From assembly GCA_945901095.1 (NCBI GenBank), contig CAMDKQ010000003.1, positions 1 to 50,030 on the forward strand: 50,030 bases of DNA, read 5' to 3'. Within the stretch, counting starts at the first letter, position 1. Each line of letters starts with the position of its first letter. The translations under genes were made by a program, and so were the position numbers. Under the pieces are notes generated by a model. It made no database searches. It worked only from the letters and a program-made list of their open reading frames with translations, and was not told where the DNA came from. The stretch comes from Bifidobacterium breve (GTDB lineage: Bacteria > Actinomycetota > Actinomycetes > S36-B12). This document shows, piece after piece, positions 29,401-40,420 of the stretch.

Positions 29401-29987
29401 CGCTCGAGGAGTTCACCGCGATGGAGGAGCGCCACACCTTCCTCAGCGAGCAGCTCGATGACCTCAAACGATCACGTGACGACCTGCTCGATATCGTCAA
29501 GGAGGTCGACGGTCGTGTGGAGCAGGTGTTCACCGATGCCTATCGCGATATCGAGCGGGAGTTCACCGGCGTCTTCGCACGATTGTTCCCGGGCGGGGAG
29601 GGCCGGCTCATCCTCACCGACCCCTCGGACATGCTCAACACCGGCGTCGATGTCGAGGCCAGGCCGCCTGGCAAGAAGGTGAAGCGGCTTTCCCTCCTGT
29701 CCGGAGGCGAGCGCTCGCTTACCGCGGTGGCCTTTCTCGTGGCACTGTTCAAGGCCCGTCCGAGCCCGTTTTACGTCCTCGACGAGGTCGAGGCGGCCCT
29801 GGACGACGTCAATCTTGGTCGCCTTATCGACATCATTGAAGAGCTTCGTTCAACATCGCAGCTCATCGTCATCACCCACCAGAAGCGCACAATGGAGATT
29901 GCCGATGCGCTCTACGGAGTGTCGATGAGGGGCGATGGCGTGACTCAGGTCATCGGCCAACGGCTACGCGAGGCTGCAACCGCCTGA
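26415..29987 (+). CDS. smc: Chromosome segregation protein SMC
   Basis: GFKSFA, GPNGSGKSN, coiled coils and hinge, LSGGE, LDEVEAALD. Confidence 0.98.
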   Translation: MHLKTLTLKGFKSFASSTTLHLEPGVTCVVGPNGSGKSNVVDALAWVMGEQGAKSLRGGKMEDVIFSGTTGRAPLGRAEVSVTIDNSDGKLPIEYAEVTISRTLFRNGGSEYAINGETARLLDVQELLSDSGIGREMHVIVGQNRLTAILEATPEDRRGIIEEAAGVLKHRKRKEKALRKIESMQANLVRLQDLTNELRRQLKPLGRQAEVARRAVVIQSDVRDARLRLMADDLTQMRDALAAEVADETALRDRQAQVDGLLAGLRSQEADAEAAVELEAPRVADAQNTWFALSGLRERFNGLVQVGAERTRHLQPEPEEESSGRDPEQIETEARGLREQEFDLGREVEVAREALAASEAARHAAEQAAVLEERRIASAERAAADRREGLAKVTGQVNAARSRLETRSNEIERLEAAVAEARERGEVAQAEFQSIEVQVAGLDEGELGLDDEYEQANGLLEVADAVVEELRTAESVNERERGALSARLGALELGLSRKDAAAVLVSSSEQLPGVLGSLASLLHIEPGAQAAVAAALGDISDAVVVRGFDSAVSSLVLLKEQDAGRAALVVTGLSPLEGEVAPHPGSLSIGRWLRETVRCDGDVRPVVDRLLARIVLVSDIGEVARALQERPDLVFVTDAGDIFADGVVHGGSTSAPSLLEVKAAYDETEQALEVATHAVERSRFDLVAAKETQRLAAERVENALTRLHESDARMAAVAEQLGQLGQVARAAAAEAQRLGLALVAAQNARETDMAAVAELQQRLNSAQVEPETSDLQDLRSELAVVAREARQREVDARLSLRTGEERVAAVGIRAEQLERAAKAERQARVAAVERRERRARELVVAQAVLIASRVALSRIEASVADASRARLEVERITKERDATLIVVRGRIRELSAELGLLKDSVHRDEVARAEQRMRIERVQDKVLEDFGIDTAVLIAEYGPDQLVPPSPVAPGDEVPADAPEPEPYPYVRAEQAKRLKEAEKGLALLGRVNPLALEEFTAMEERHTFLSEQLDDLKRSRDDLLDIVKEVDGRVEQVFTDAYRDIEREFTGVFARLFPGGEGRLILTDPSDMLNTGVDVEARPPGKKVKRLSLLSGGERSLTAVAFLVALFKARPSPFYVLDEVEAALDDVNLGRLIDIIEELRSTSQLIVITHQKRTMEIADALYGVSMRGDGVTQVIGQRLREAATA

Positions 29988-29991
29988 GAGG

Positions 29992-31098
29992 ATGTCCGCC
30001 ATGGAATCGAGCTTCGTGTATGCCGGGATCGCCGTTGCGGTCGTCCTCGTGGTCGTCATTGCTACCTTGGCGCTCTGGCGACGGAGTGGCCAAGATCGCG
30101 TTGAGCCGTTGGCGGCGCCAGCGAGAGTCGAAGCAGCCGCTGAGTCGACAGCGTTGCTGGAAATCGAGGTTCCCGATCCGGCGGCCGGCCGGTTGCACCG
30201 ACTTCGGGCGCGTCTGGCTCGGTCAAATACGGCAATCGGTCAGGGCTTGTTTGCGCTCCTGAGCCGCGACTCGATCGACGCAGCGACCTGGGAGGAGGTC
30301 GAGGAGACACTGCTTCTCGCAGATCTTGGCGTCGGCCCGACGAACGAGATCATCGAGCGGCTGCGCACGGCGCTCAAGGTCGAGGGCGGAGCTCGGTCCG
30401 CGGATGATGTGCGTGAGGCCCTTCGCTCAGCACTGCTGGGCCTCGTCGACCCAAGTCTTAACCGTGAACTTGTCACCCGGGCGGATGGCAGGCCCGCCGT
30501 TCTGATGATCGTTGGCGTGAATGGAACCGGCAAGACGACGACAACTGGCAAACTCGCCCGCCTTCTCGTTGCGGAGGGCCATTCGGTGATACTCGGCGCT
30601 GCCGATACTTTCCGGGCGGCTGCCGCCGAACAGCTCCAGACGTGGGGCGACCGGGTTGGCGCCACCGTCGTTCGTGGACCCGAGGGCGGTGATCCCGCGG
30701 CGGTGGCCTTCGACGCAGTATCGACTGGCGTGAAGGCCGGCGCCGATACCGTCGTCATCGACACGGCCGGCCGCCTCCACACGAAGGCCGGGCTCATGGA
30801 TGAACTTGACAAGGTGAAACGCGTCATCGAAAAGCAGTCCGCCGTCGACGAGGTTCTCCTCGTCCTCGACGCCACCACGGGGCAGAACGGCCTCGTTCAG
30901 GCACGAGTGTTTGCCGAGTCGGTCAACGTCACGGGGATCGTCCTGACCAAGCTCGATGGCACGGCGAGGGGGGGCATCGTCATCGCTGTGCAGCGCGAAC
31001 TGGGGGTCCCGGTGAAGCTCGTCGGGCTCGGAGAGGGCCCCGATGACCTCGCGCCGTTCGATCCGATCGCGTTCATTGATGCCCTCGTTGCGAATTGA
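29992..31098 (+). CDS. ftsY: Signal recognition particle receptor FtsY
   Basis: N-terminal TM segment, GVNGTGKTTT, DTFRAAA, DTAGRL, TKLDG. Confidence 0.97.
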   Translation: MSAMESSFVYAGIAVAVVLVVVIATLALWRRSGQDRVEPLAAPARVEAAAESTALLEIEVPDPAAGRLHRLRARLARSNTAIGQGLFALLSRDSIDAATWEEVEETLLLADLGVGPTNEIIERLRTALKVEGGARSADDVREALRSALLGLVDPSLNRELVTRADGRPAVLMIVGVNGTGKTTTTGKLARLLVAEGHSVILGAADTFRAAAAEQLQTWGDRVGATVVRGPEGGDPAAVAFDAVSTGVKAGADTVVIDTAGRLHTKAGLMDELDKVKRVIEKQSAVDEVLLVLDATTGQNGLVQARVFAESVNVTGIVLTKLDGTARGGIVIAVQRELGVPVKLVGLGEGPDDLAPFDPIAFIDALVAN

Positions 31099-31163
31099 CA
31101 TACGGGCGGATCGAGGTCGAGTCCGGTGCCCTGCGCTGGGGTCGACCGTGATCCGAGTTTTTT

Positions 31164-31232
31164 GTAACACGGACGTTACCGGGCGGCCATCGGCGTGATC
31201 CCCTAGTAACGCGGCGACGATCATGCGGAAAC
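31164..31232 (+). promoter_or_regulatory. Candidate GlnR boxes upstream of amt-glnK-glnD
   Basis: GTAAC-n6-GTTAC (31164-31179); GTAAC at 31206 and GAAAC at 31228, 22 bp apart. Confidence 0.6.
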
Positions 31233-31286
31233 GTCAAGCGTCCACTCTCATGCCTAGGGAACACCCCCTACGAGAGAGAGACTCAC

Positions 31287-32938
<1,652 letters not shown>

Positions 32939-32965
32939 CGGTCGCCCTCTCCAAACTCATCGAAG

Positions 32966-35308
32966 ATGGAATCCTTCCTCGCTGCGCGCAGTGAACTCGT
33001 TCGCCTCCCCGGGCCAATAGGTCCGGGGCGGCGAACGGCGTTGACCGTCCTCACCGATGATTGGCTCAGAGAGCTGTTTCGCTCGGCTGAGGGCACCGGG
33101 TCCGACATGTGCCTGCTCGCCGTGGGCGGGCACGGTCGGATGGAACTAGCGCCGGGCAGCGACCTCGACCTTGTCCTGCTTCACCGCACCGATCCGCGAC
33201 GAGCCGCTGGAACAGCTGAGCGGTTGTGGTACCCGATCTGGGACTCGGGTCTGAGGCTGGATCACAGCGTGCGCACAGTGGGCGAGGCAAGGCGACTAGC
33301 GAGCGACGACATGAAAGTGCTCCTCGGTCTCCTCGACGGCCGGGTCGTCGGAGGTGACGAGACGGTGGCCGATCAGCTGAAGTCGAGTGTGTTCGCCGAT
33401 TGGCGTTCAATGGCTTCAAAGCGGATGCCGAACCTCCGAGCACTCGTCGAAGTCCGCCGCGATCGATTCGGCGAGCTTGCAACATTGCTCGAGCCTGATC
33501 TCAAGGAGGCCTACGGGGGATTGCGGGAGGCAACCTGCTTGCGGGCCATCGCCGCGTCGTGGATCACAGACATTCCGCATTCTGGCTGGCAGGAGGCCGT
33601 TGAGTTCCTCCTCGATGTCAGGTGGGCACTCCATGCCCTGACTGGCCGGTCAGGGGATGTCCTCCTCCTTCAAGAGCAGGAGCAGATAGCTGTCGCACTC
33701 GGGCTCCAAGATGCTGATGCACTGCTCCGTCAGACGTATGCAGCTGCTCGCTCAATCGCCTACGCCTCGGACTCGACCTGGCACAGGGTGAACCGGCTGA
33801 CAACCAGGGTGCCTCGAATCGCACCACGAATCGCCACACGATTCGCACTGCGTTCGGTGCACAGGTCGAGTGCCCAGCGCGTCCCACTCGCTGATGGAGT
33901 CGTCGTGCAGGCGGGGGAGGTGGTCCTCGCAACCGACGCCCGCCCGGAGAAGGATCCGGCTCTGGCACTACGTGCAGCCGCCGCGGCCGCCCAGTCGGGT
34001 CTCCCGCTCGCACCAATAACGGTGCAGCGTCTCGCTGACGAAGGAGCAACGCTCCCGCGCCCATGGCCTCGGTCAGCGCGGGAGTCCTTTATTTCGCTCC
34101 TTGGCGCGGGCACCTCCACCATCGGGGTCTGGGAGGCGCTCGATCAGGCGGGCATCATTGCAGCGCTCCTTCCGGGCTGGGAGGTGGTGAGGTCGGCGCC
34201 TCAGCGAAATGCCGTCCACCGGTTCACCGTCGATCGACACCTCGTCGAGACCGCCGTGCAAGCGAGTTCCCTAACCCGATCCGTCGATCGCCCGGACCTC
34301 CTCCTCGTGGCGGCGCTGCTGCACGACATCGGCAAGGCCCGCGGGGGAGACCACAGTGTCGTGGGCGCCGAAATCAGCGCCACCCTGGCACCGATGATGG
34401 GGTTTGACGAGGAGGAGTCGGCCACGATCGTCACCCTCGTCCGACACCACCTACTCCTCATCGAGACGGCGACCCGGCGCGATCTCGACGACCCCGCAAC
34501 GGTGGCCCTGGTCACGGAGTGTGTCGGAACAATCGAATGCCTTGAACTCCTCACGGCCCTGACGAAGGCCGATGCTCGCGCCACAGGCCCGGCCGCCTGG
34601 AGCGATTGGCGCGGCAGGCTCGTCGATGATCTGGCCAACCGCTGCCATTCCGCGCTGGCTGGGCGCCCCGCTCAACAGGCACCGGCGCTCACGCCGGGGC
34701 AGCAAGCGGCCCTAGCCGAGGACGGGGTCTTTGTCCTGATGGAACCACATGAGGACCACTTCAACGTGACAGTCGGCGCCCCTGATCGGGTCGGATTGCT
34801 TGCGACGGTTGCGGGCCTGCTGTCGTTGCATCGGCTCCAGGTTCGGGCAGCCCGAGTCGTCACGGTGGGCGACCGTGCGGCTCAGGTGTGGATCGTCCAG
34901 CCGATGTTCGGTGACCCGCCGAGCGTCGGCCAGTTCGCCGAGGACCTGAGGCGGGCTCTCGATGGGGTGATCGATGTGCCGGCTCGGCTACATGAGCGGG
35001 ATGCTGCGTATGCGCGGACACCCCTGGTCGCGCGACCGGCGGCGCGTGTCGATGTGCTCCCTGATGCGGCGCACCGTTCGACGATTCTGGAGGTGCGGGC
35101 TCACGACGAAGCGGGACTTCTCCACCGAATAGCCAGTGCTGTGGCGGCGGCGGGGGCAGGGATCACGGGTGCCAACGTCGCCACCTTGGGCTCGGAGGCC
35201 GTCGACGTCTTCTTCCTCGTCGACGGAGACGGATTGCCACTTGCCAAGGGGCGCGCTGCGGAGGTGAAGGTCACGGTGACGCGGGCGCTCGAGCAGCAAG
35301 TACCCTGA
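32966..35308 (+). CDS. glnD: [Protein-PII] nucleotidyltransferase
   Basis: AVGGHGR, SDLDL, HRFTVDRH, LLHDIGK, two C-terminal ACT domains. Confidence 0.95.
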   Translation: MESFLAARSELVRLPGPIGPGRRTALTVLTDDWLRELFRSAEGTGSDMCLLAVGGHGRMELAPGSDLDLVLLHRTDPRRAAGTAERLWYPIWDSGLRLDHSVRTVGEARRLASDDMKVLLGLLDGRVVGGDETVADQLKSSVFADWRSMASKRMPNLRALVEVRRDRFGELATLLEPDLKEAYGGLREATCLRAIAASWITDIPHSGWQEAVEFLLDVRWALHALTGRSGDVLLLQEQEQIAVALGLQDADALLRQTYAAARSIAYASDSTWHRVNRLTTRVPRIAPRIATRFALRSVHRSSAQRVPLADGVVVQAGEVVLATDARPEKDPALALRAAAAAAQSGLPLAPITVQRLADEGATLPRPWPRSARESFISLLGAGTSTIGVWEALDQAGIIAALLPGWEVVRSAPQRNAVHRFTVDRHLVETAVQASSLTRSVDRPDLLLVAALLHDIGKARGGDHSVVGAEISATLAPMMGFDEEESATIVTLVRHHLLLIETATRRDLDDPATVALVTECVGTIECLELLTALTKADARATGPAAWSDWRGRLVDDLANRCHSALAGRPAQQAPALTPGQQAALAEDGVFVLMEPHEDHFNVTVGAPDRVGLLATVAGLLSLHRLQVRAARVVTVGDRAAQVWIVQPMFGDPPSVGQFAEDLRRALDGVIDVPARLHERDAAYARTPLVARPAARVDVLPDAAHRSTILEVRAHDEAGLLHRIASAVAAAGAGITGANVATLGSEAVDVFFLVDGDGLPLAKGRAAEVKVTVTRALEQQVP

Positions 35309-35312
35309 ACCC

Positions 35313-36884
35313 GTGTTCGCGAACCTCTCCGACCGGCTGGCCGGCACCTTCAAGGGACTGCGTGGCAAGGGCCGTCTGTCCGAGGCCGATGTCGACGCGA
35401 CCGTACTCGACATTCGAACGGCTCTCCTCGAGGCCGATGTGGCCGTACCTGTGGTGCGAGCCTTCACGGCCATCGTCAAGGAGCGGGCGCTGGCCGCTGC
35501 CGCGTCAGGGGCGCTGAACCCGGCGCAGCAGATCGTGAAGATTGTTCACGAGGAACTCGTCACCATCCTCGGCGGCGAGGCTAGGCCGATTCGCCTCGCG
35601 AAGCAGCCTCCGACCGTCATCGTGCTTGCCGGGCTTCAGGGTGCTGGCAAGACCACGCTCGCGGGGAAGCTGGCCCTCCAGCTCAAGGGTCAAGGCCACA
35701 CTCCACTGCTCGTCGCCGCTGACCTGCAGCGTCCCAATGCGGTGGACCAGCTTCGCGTCATGGCTGAGCGGGCGGGAGTTGCAATTTTCGCCCCGGAGCC
35801 GGGCAATGGGGTTGGCGATCCGGTCAGGGTCACAAAGGATGCTCGGGCCTTCGCAGTACAAAAGCAGCACGATGTTGTCATCGTCGATACGGCTGGCCGG
35901 CTAGCGATTGACGCTGAACTTATGCAGCAACTCCGCGAGGTGAAGGCCGCTGCCGAACCTGATGAGACGCTGTTCGTCGTCGATGCGATGATCGGGCAGG
36001 ATGCCGTTCGCACCGCCGAGGAGTTCATGCAGTCCGTCGGATTCGACGGAATCGTTCTGACGAAGCTCGATGGCGACGCCCGCGGCGGCGCCGCACTCTC
36101 GGTCAAGGGCGTCACGGGCAAGCCAATCCTGTTCGCCTCCGTCGGCGAGAAACTCAGCGACTTCGAGGTCTTTCACCCGGACCGCATGGCATCCCGCATC
36201 CTCGACATGGGCGACATGCTCACGCTCATCGAGCAGGCGGAGCGGGCCTTCGATGCCGAACAAACCGAGCGGATGGCGAAGAAGGTCGCGCAGGGTGAGG
36301 ACTTCACCCTCGATGACTTCCTTGAGCAAATGCAGGCAGTGAAGAAGATGGGCTCGCTCGGAAAGATCCTCGGGATGCTGCCAGGGATGGGGGATATTAA
36401 GGCCCAACTCGATCAGGTCGATGACAAGGATCTTGACCGAGTGGCCGCCATCATCCAGTCCATGACCCCGGGCGAGCGGGGGGACCCCAAGATTCTCAAC
36501 GGTTCGCGGCGACTGCGTATCGCGAAGGGTGCGGGGACGACTGTCACCGAGGTCAATGGCCTCGTCGATCGGTTTGGTCAGGCCCAGAAGATGATGAAGC
36601 AGATGGGCCGTGGCGGAGGAATGCCAGGAATGCCGGGAATGGGCGGAATGCCTGGAATGGGAGGTGGCGCCAAGAAGTCGAAGGGCAAGTCTCAGGGGCA
36701 GGGCAAGTCCAAGAAGGGACGATCCGGCAACCCGGCGAAGCGTGCCGATCAGGAAGCGGGACTGTCGGTGACCGCACCAATCACAGCGGGGCCAGGCTCA
36801 ATGCTCGGGATCGGCGGTCCCGGGCCTGCCGACAATACGGCGGCCCTTGAGTTGCCAGATGAGCTCAAGCGCCTCCTCGGATAG
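35313..36884 (+). CDS. ffh: Signal recognition particle protein
   Basis: GLQGAGKTT, DTAGRL, TKLDGDARGGAALS, Met-rich M domain. Confidence 0.98.
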   Translation: MFANLSDRLAGTFKGLRGKGRLSEADVDATVLDIRTALLEADVAVPVVRAFTAIVKERALAAAASGALNPAQQIVKIVHEELVTILGGEARPIRLAKQPPTVIVLAGLQGAGKTTLAGKLALQLKGQGHTPLLVAADLQRPNAVDQLRVMAERAGVAIFAPEPGNGVGDPVRVTKDARAFAVQKQHDVVIVDTAGRLAIDAELMQQLREVKAAAEPDETLFVVDAMIGQDAVRTAEEFMQSVGFDGIVLTKLDGDARGGAALSVKGVTGKPILFASVGEKLSDFEVFHPDRMASRILDMGDMLTLIEQAERAFDAEQTERMAKKVAQGEDFTLDDFLEQMQAVKKMGSLGKILGMLPGMGDIKAQLDQVDDKDLDRVAAIIQSMTPGERGDPKILNGSRRLRIAKGAGTTVTEVNGLVDRFGQAQKMMKQMGRGGGMPGMPGMGGMPGMGGGAKKSKGKSQGQGKSKKGRSGNPAKRADQEAGLSVTAPITAGPGSMLGIGGPGPADNTAALELPDELKRLLG

Positions 36885-37106
36885 GGGATATCGCGGCGGA
36901 AGTCGGCTCGATATCGAGCCAACCGCGGTCCTCGGGGGGTACTGGTGTTCTTGACCCTGCGGCATCTGGCAAGATGTGAAGGCATTTGCTGTTCCGGTTG
37001 GCCCTCTATCCCTCCGGCGTGGCACCCCGCAAGGTTTTCGCCCGAAGTCGTGTCCCCACGCGATGGATGGCGCGCACCGTCCCAAAAAACAGGAGAAACG
37101 CCCACC

Positions 37107-37655
37107 GTGGCCGTAAAAATCAAGCTCAAGCGCATCGGCAAGATCCATGCACCCCAGTACCGCATCGTCGTTGCCGATGCTCGCACCGCCCGTAATGGTC
37201 GTGCGATCGAGGAAATCGGCATCTATCAGCCGATGAACGATCCCAGCATCATCAAGGTGAACTCCGAACGGGCGCAGTACTGGCTCGGCGTGGGTGCACA
37301 GCCCACCTCGGCTGTCACTGCGATCCTCAAGGTCACCGGTGACTGGCAGACGTTCAAGGGACTGCCCGGAACAGAGGGCACGCTGCGCGTGGCCGAGCCC
37401 AAGGTAGCCAAGGTCCTCGTATTTGAAGCCGCCGTGCAGGAGGCCGCTAAGGAGCCGAAGAGCCCCGCGAAGAAGCCGAAACTTGATGTTGCAGTCGACG
37501 CGCCGAAGGCAGAAGCAGCGGAGGTCGTTGCGGCCGTCGAGGTGGCTGAAACGGTCGAGGCTGTCGAAGCCGTTGAGGTCGTCGCGGTAGCCGAGACTGT
37601 CGTAGTTGAAACTGACGTGGTCGAGTCTGGCGCTGAGCCCACGGATGTCGCCTGA
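37107..37655 (+). CDS. rpsP: 30S ribosomal protein S16 with long acidic tail
   Basis: [30 protein letters not shown]; RBS AGGAG. Confidence 0.96.
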   Translation: MAVKIKLKRIGKIHAPQYRIVVADARTARNGRAIEEIGIYQPMNDPSIIKVNSERAQYWLGVGAQPTSAVTAILKVTGDWQTFKGLPGTEGTLRVAEPKVAKVLVFEAAVQEAAKEPKSPAKKPKLDVAVDAPKAEAAEVVAAVEVAETVEAVEAVEVVAVAETVVVETDVVESGAEPTDVA

Positions 37656-37894
37656 TGCTCGAGGAGGCCCTTGGCCATCTCGTGCGCGGCATCGTCGATC
37701 ATCCGCAGGACGTCACCGTCAGCGAGCGCAGCCAGCGCCGTGGCCAGTGCCTTGATGTGCGGGTGAACCCCGACGACATGGGACGAGTCATCGGGAGGGC
37801 GGGGCGGACTGCGTCCTCCCTGCGGACGGTTATTACTGCGCTTAATGACGGCCGCGGGGTTCGCATCGATTTCCTTGATGCCGCCGAGCGCTGA
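37655..37894 (+). CDS. khpA: KH-domain RNA-binding protein
   Basis: LVRGIVDHP, DMGRVIGRAGRTA. Confidence 0.92.
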   Translation: MLEEALGHLVRGIVDHPQDVTVSERSQRRGQCLDVRVNPDDMGRVIGRAGRTASSLRTVITALNDGRGVRIDFLDAAER

Positions 37895-37913
37895 CGAGTT
37901 TCGCAGTCTGGTC

Positions 37914-38426
37914 GTGCGCGTTGTTGTTGGTCGCATCGGGCGCCCCCACGGAATTCGTGGTGAGGTGACCGTCGAAGTTCGCACCGACGAGCCGGATAGG
38001 CGTTTTGCGCCCGGAACCGTGCTCTACGTCAATGGATCCGATCGACGTCTCACTGTCGAGCGGATCCATTGGCATTCAGGCAGGCTCCTCGTCACCTTCG
38101 ACGGAATTCTTGACCGCACCGGTGCGGAGTCACTTCGCGGCTTTGTCGTAGAGGTTGAGCGCGGAGTCGATGAGACACCGGACGACCCCGAGGAGTTCTA
38201 CGACAGTGCACTCACCGGATGCACCGTCGAGGTCCTCAATGGTGAAATCATCGGTGTCGTAGCGGAGGTTGTGCATCTGCCGAGTCAGGACATGCTCGCG
38301 ATCCGAACGCCGGACGAACGTGATCTCCTCGTTCCATTCATCACCCTCTTCGTCCCCAGCGTCGACATCGCTGCACGACGTATCGTCATCGATCCCCCCG
38401 CCGGCCTGATCGACCCCGAGGACTAG
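37914..38426 (+). CDS. rimM: Ribosome maturation factor RimM
   Basis: VGRIGRPHGIRGEV, EFY, LVPF, IDPPAGL; alternative start at ATG 37878. Confidence 0.94.
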   Translation: MRVVVGRIGRPHGIRGEVTVEVRTDEPDRRFAPGTVLYVNGSDRRLTVERIHWHSGRLLVTFDGILDRTGAESLRGFVVEVERGVDETPDDPEEFYDSALTGCTVEVLNGEIIGVVAEVVHLPSQDMLAIRTPDERDLLVPFITLFVPSVDIAARRIVIDPPAGLIDPED

Positions 38427-38428
38427 CC

Positions 38429-39139
38429 GTGCGGATCGACATCGTTTCGATCTTCCCTGACTATCTAGAGCCACTGCGGCTATCGCTCGTCGGCAAGGCA
38501 GTCGAAGGCGGAGTCATCGACCTCCACGTCCATGACCTGCGCTCATTCGCCCATGACCGCCATCACACTGTCGACGACACCCCGTATGGCGGCGGACCCG
38601 GCATGGTGATGAGCCCGACCCCCTGGGGTGAGGCCCTCGATTGCATTGCGGCTGCGGGCACCGGCGTCCGGCCGCTCCTCGTCGTCCCGACCCCATCCGG
38701 TGAGCGCTTCACCCAGCGGGTGGCGCAGCAGTGGAGCCGAGACGACTGGTTGGTGTTCGCCTGTGGACGCTATGAGGGGATCGACACCCGAGTGATGGAG
38801 CACTATGCGCGACGCAGCGATTGGGCTGGCGTCCGTGAGGTCTCGCTCGGCGACTACGTGCTTGCCGGCGGGGAGGCAGCGGCGTTGGTGGTGGTCGAAG
38901 CCGTCGTGCGCTTGATACCGGGCGTCCTCGGAAACTCCGCGAGCGTCGAGGACGACTCATTCGCTCAGGGGGCGATGGAACAACTCCTTGAGGGACCGGT
39001 GTACACGAAGCCCCCGGTGTGGCGGGACCTGAGCATTCCAGAGGTCCTGTTGAGCGGTCACCACGCCAAGATCGCATCCTGGCGCGCGGATCAGGCGCGT
39101 CACCGGACGAAGGCGCATCGCCCCGACCTGATTCTGTAA
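38429..39139 (+). CDS. trmD: tRNA (guanine-N1)-methyltransferase
   Basis: [35 protein letters not shown]. Confidence 0.97.
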   Translation: MRIDIVSIFPDYLEPLRLSLVGKAVEGGVIDLHVHDLRSFAHDRHHTVDDTPYGGGPGMVMSPTPWGEALDCIAAAGTGVRPLLVVPTPSGERFTQRVAQQWSRDDWLVFACGRYEGIDTRVMEHYARRSDWAGVREVSLGDYVLAGGEAAALVVVEAVVRLIPGVLGNSASVEDDSFAQGAMEQLLEGPVYTKPPVWRDLSIPEVLLSGHHAKIASWRADQARHRTKAHRPDLIL

Positions 39140-39353
39140 GCGGACCCCCGCTCGTCAGTCCGGCAAACCTCGAGAAGCGGGTCGATTCGGTCATGAGGGT
39201 GGGCTGTGGCAGGATAGAGGGGCTCACGAGTCATTGCCGAAGCGCTCCGCCACAGGGGAGTGCACCGGTGTCGTGTTCAGACTGCTGCATTTGCAGCCAG
39301 ATCCGATCCCACAACCGTGGGCGACCTGTGGCGCCTACAGGAAGAGAATCAAC

Positions 39354-39722
39354 ATGAAGACACTCGATGCGGTCGACGCTAGTTCGCTCAGAAGCGACAT
39401 CCCCGCCTTTCGCGCCGGAGACAACCTCAAGGTGCATGTGAAGGTCGTCGAGGGAAACAAGACCCGTGTTCAGGTCTTCCAGGGCGTCGTCATTGCCCGG
39501 GCAGGGTCAGGGGTTGCCGAGTCATTCACGGTTCGCAAGGTGTCCTACGGGGTCGGCGTCGAGCGTATCTTCCCGCTTCACACGCCGATCATTGAGAAGA
39601 TTGAGGTCGTTTCGCGAGGCGATGTTCGTCGGGCGAAGCTGTATTACTTGCGCGATCTGCGCGGCAAGAAGGCAAAGATCAAGGAGAAGCGCGATCGAGT
39701 CCCTGCCAAGCCCAGCGCCTGA
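39354..39722 (+). CDS. rplS: 50S ribosomal protein L19
   Basis: [33 protein letters not shown]. Confidence 0.98.
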   Translation: MKTLDAVDASSLRSDIPAFRAGDNLKVHVKVVEGNKTRVQVFQGVVIARAGSGVAESFTVRKVSYGVGVERIFPLHTPIIEKIEVVSRGDVRRAKLYYLRDLRGKKAKIKEKRDRVPAKPSA

Positions 39723-39732
39723 CACGGAGCCT

Positions 39733-40419
39733 GTGCCTGCGGTGACCGAGGGGCGACAGTCGTGGTGGGACATCCCACTTACCCTTGTCCTTGCGTTCAC
39801 CATGGTTCTCGTCATCACAACCTTCGTCGCAAAGCCTTTCTCGATTCCATCCGGTTCAATGGAGGACACCCTTCAGGTGGGTGATCGGGTTCTGGTGAAC
39901 AAGGTGGTCTACCACCTGCGCGATATCGAGCGGGGTGATGTGGTGGTGTTCGACGGCACCGATTCGTTTGTGCCAGCGGAGGTCGTCGAATCACGTAACC
40001 CCGTCAGTGGTGCCCTCACCTGGGTCGGGCAGTCCGTCGGGATCATCCCCCCGGACGGCACTGACTTCGTCAAGCGGGTTATCGGGGTGGGCGGGGATCA
40101 CGTTGTCTGTTGCGATGCGGCAGGTCGTATCACCGTGAACGACGTGCCACTTGAAGAGCAGTCGTACCTTTACCCAGACGATGCCGCGAGTGACGAGGCA
40201 TTCGACGTCATCGTTCCTGACGGAATGTTGTGGTTTATGGGGGACCACCGTTCGAACAGTGCCGATTCACGTGCGCACCTCGGTGATCCGGGTGGCGGAA
40301 TGGTTCCGGAGAGTCGGGTCGTCGGCCGAGTGATGAACGTGCTGTGGCCGCTCAATCGCATCTCGAGCGTGCCCATTCCGGAATCCTTCGCGGCGGTCAA
40401 CGCCGGTCAGTCGCAGTGA
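39733..40419 (+). CDS. lepB: Signal peptidase I, copy 1
   Basis: IPSGSMEDTL, DFVKRVIG, MGDHRSNSADSR; start approximate. Confidence 0.93.
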   Translation: MPAVTEGRQSWWDIPLTLVLAFTMVLVITTFVAKPFSIPSGSMEDTLQVGDRVLVNKVVYHLRDIERGDVVVFDGTDSFVPAEVVESRNPVSGALTWVGQSVGIIPPDGTDFVKRVIGVGGDHVVCCDAAGRITVNDVPLEEQSYLYPDDAASDEAFDVIVPDGMLWFMGDHRSNSADSRAHLGDPGGGMVPESRVVGRVMNVLWPLNRISSVPIPESFAAVNAGQSQ

Positions 40420-40420
40420 C

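Noticed and set aside
36600-36670. GMPGM repeats in ffh
   Set aside because: Ordinary low-complexity M-domain tail.
37480-37650. Long Val/Glu/Ala-rich S16 extension
   Set aside because: Extended S16 tails are common in actinobacteria.
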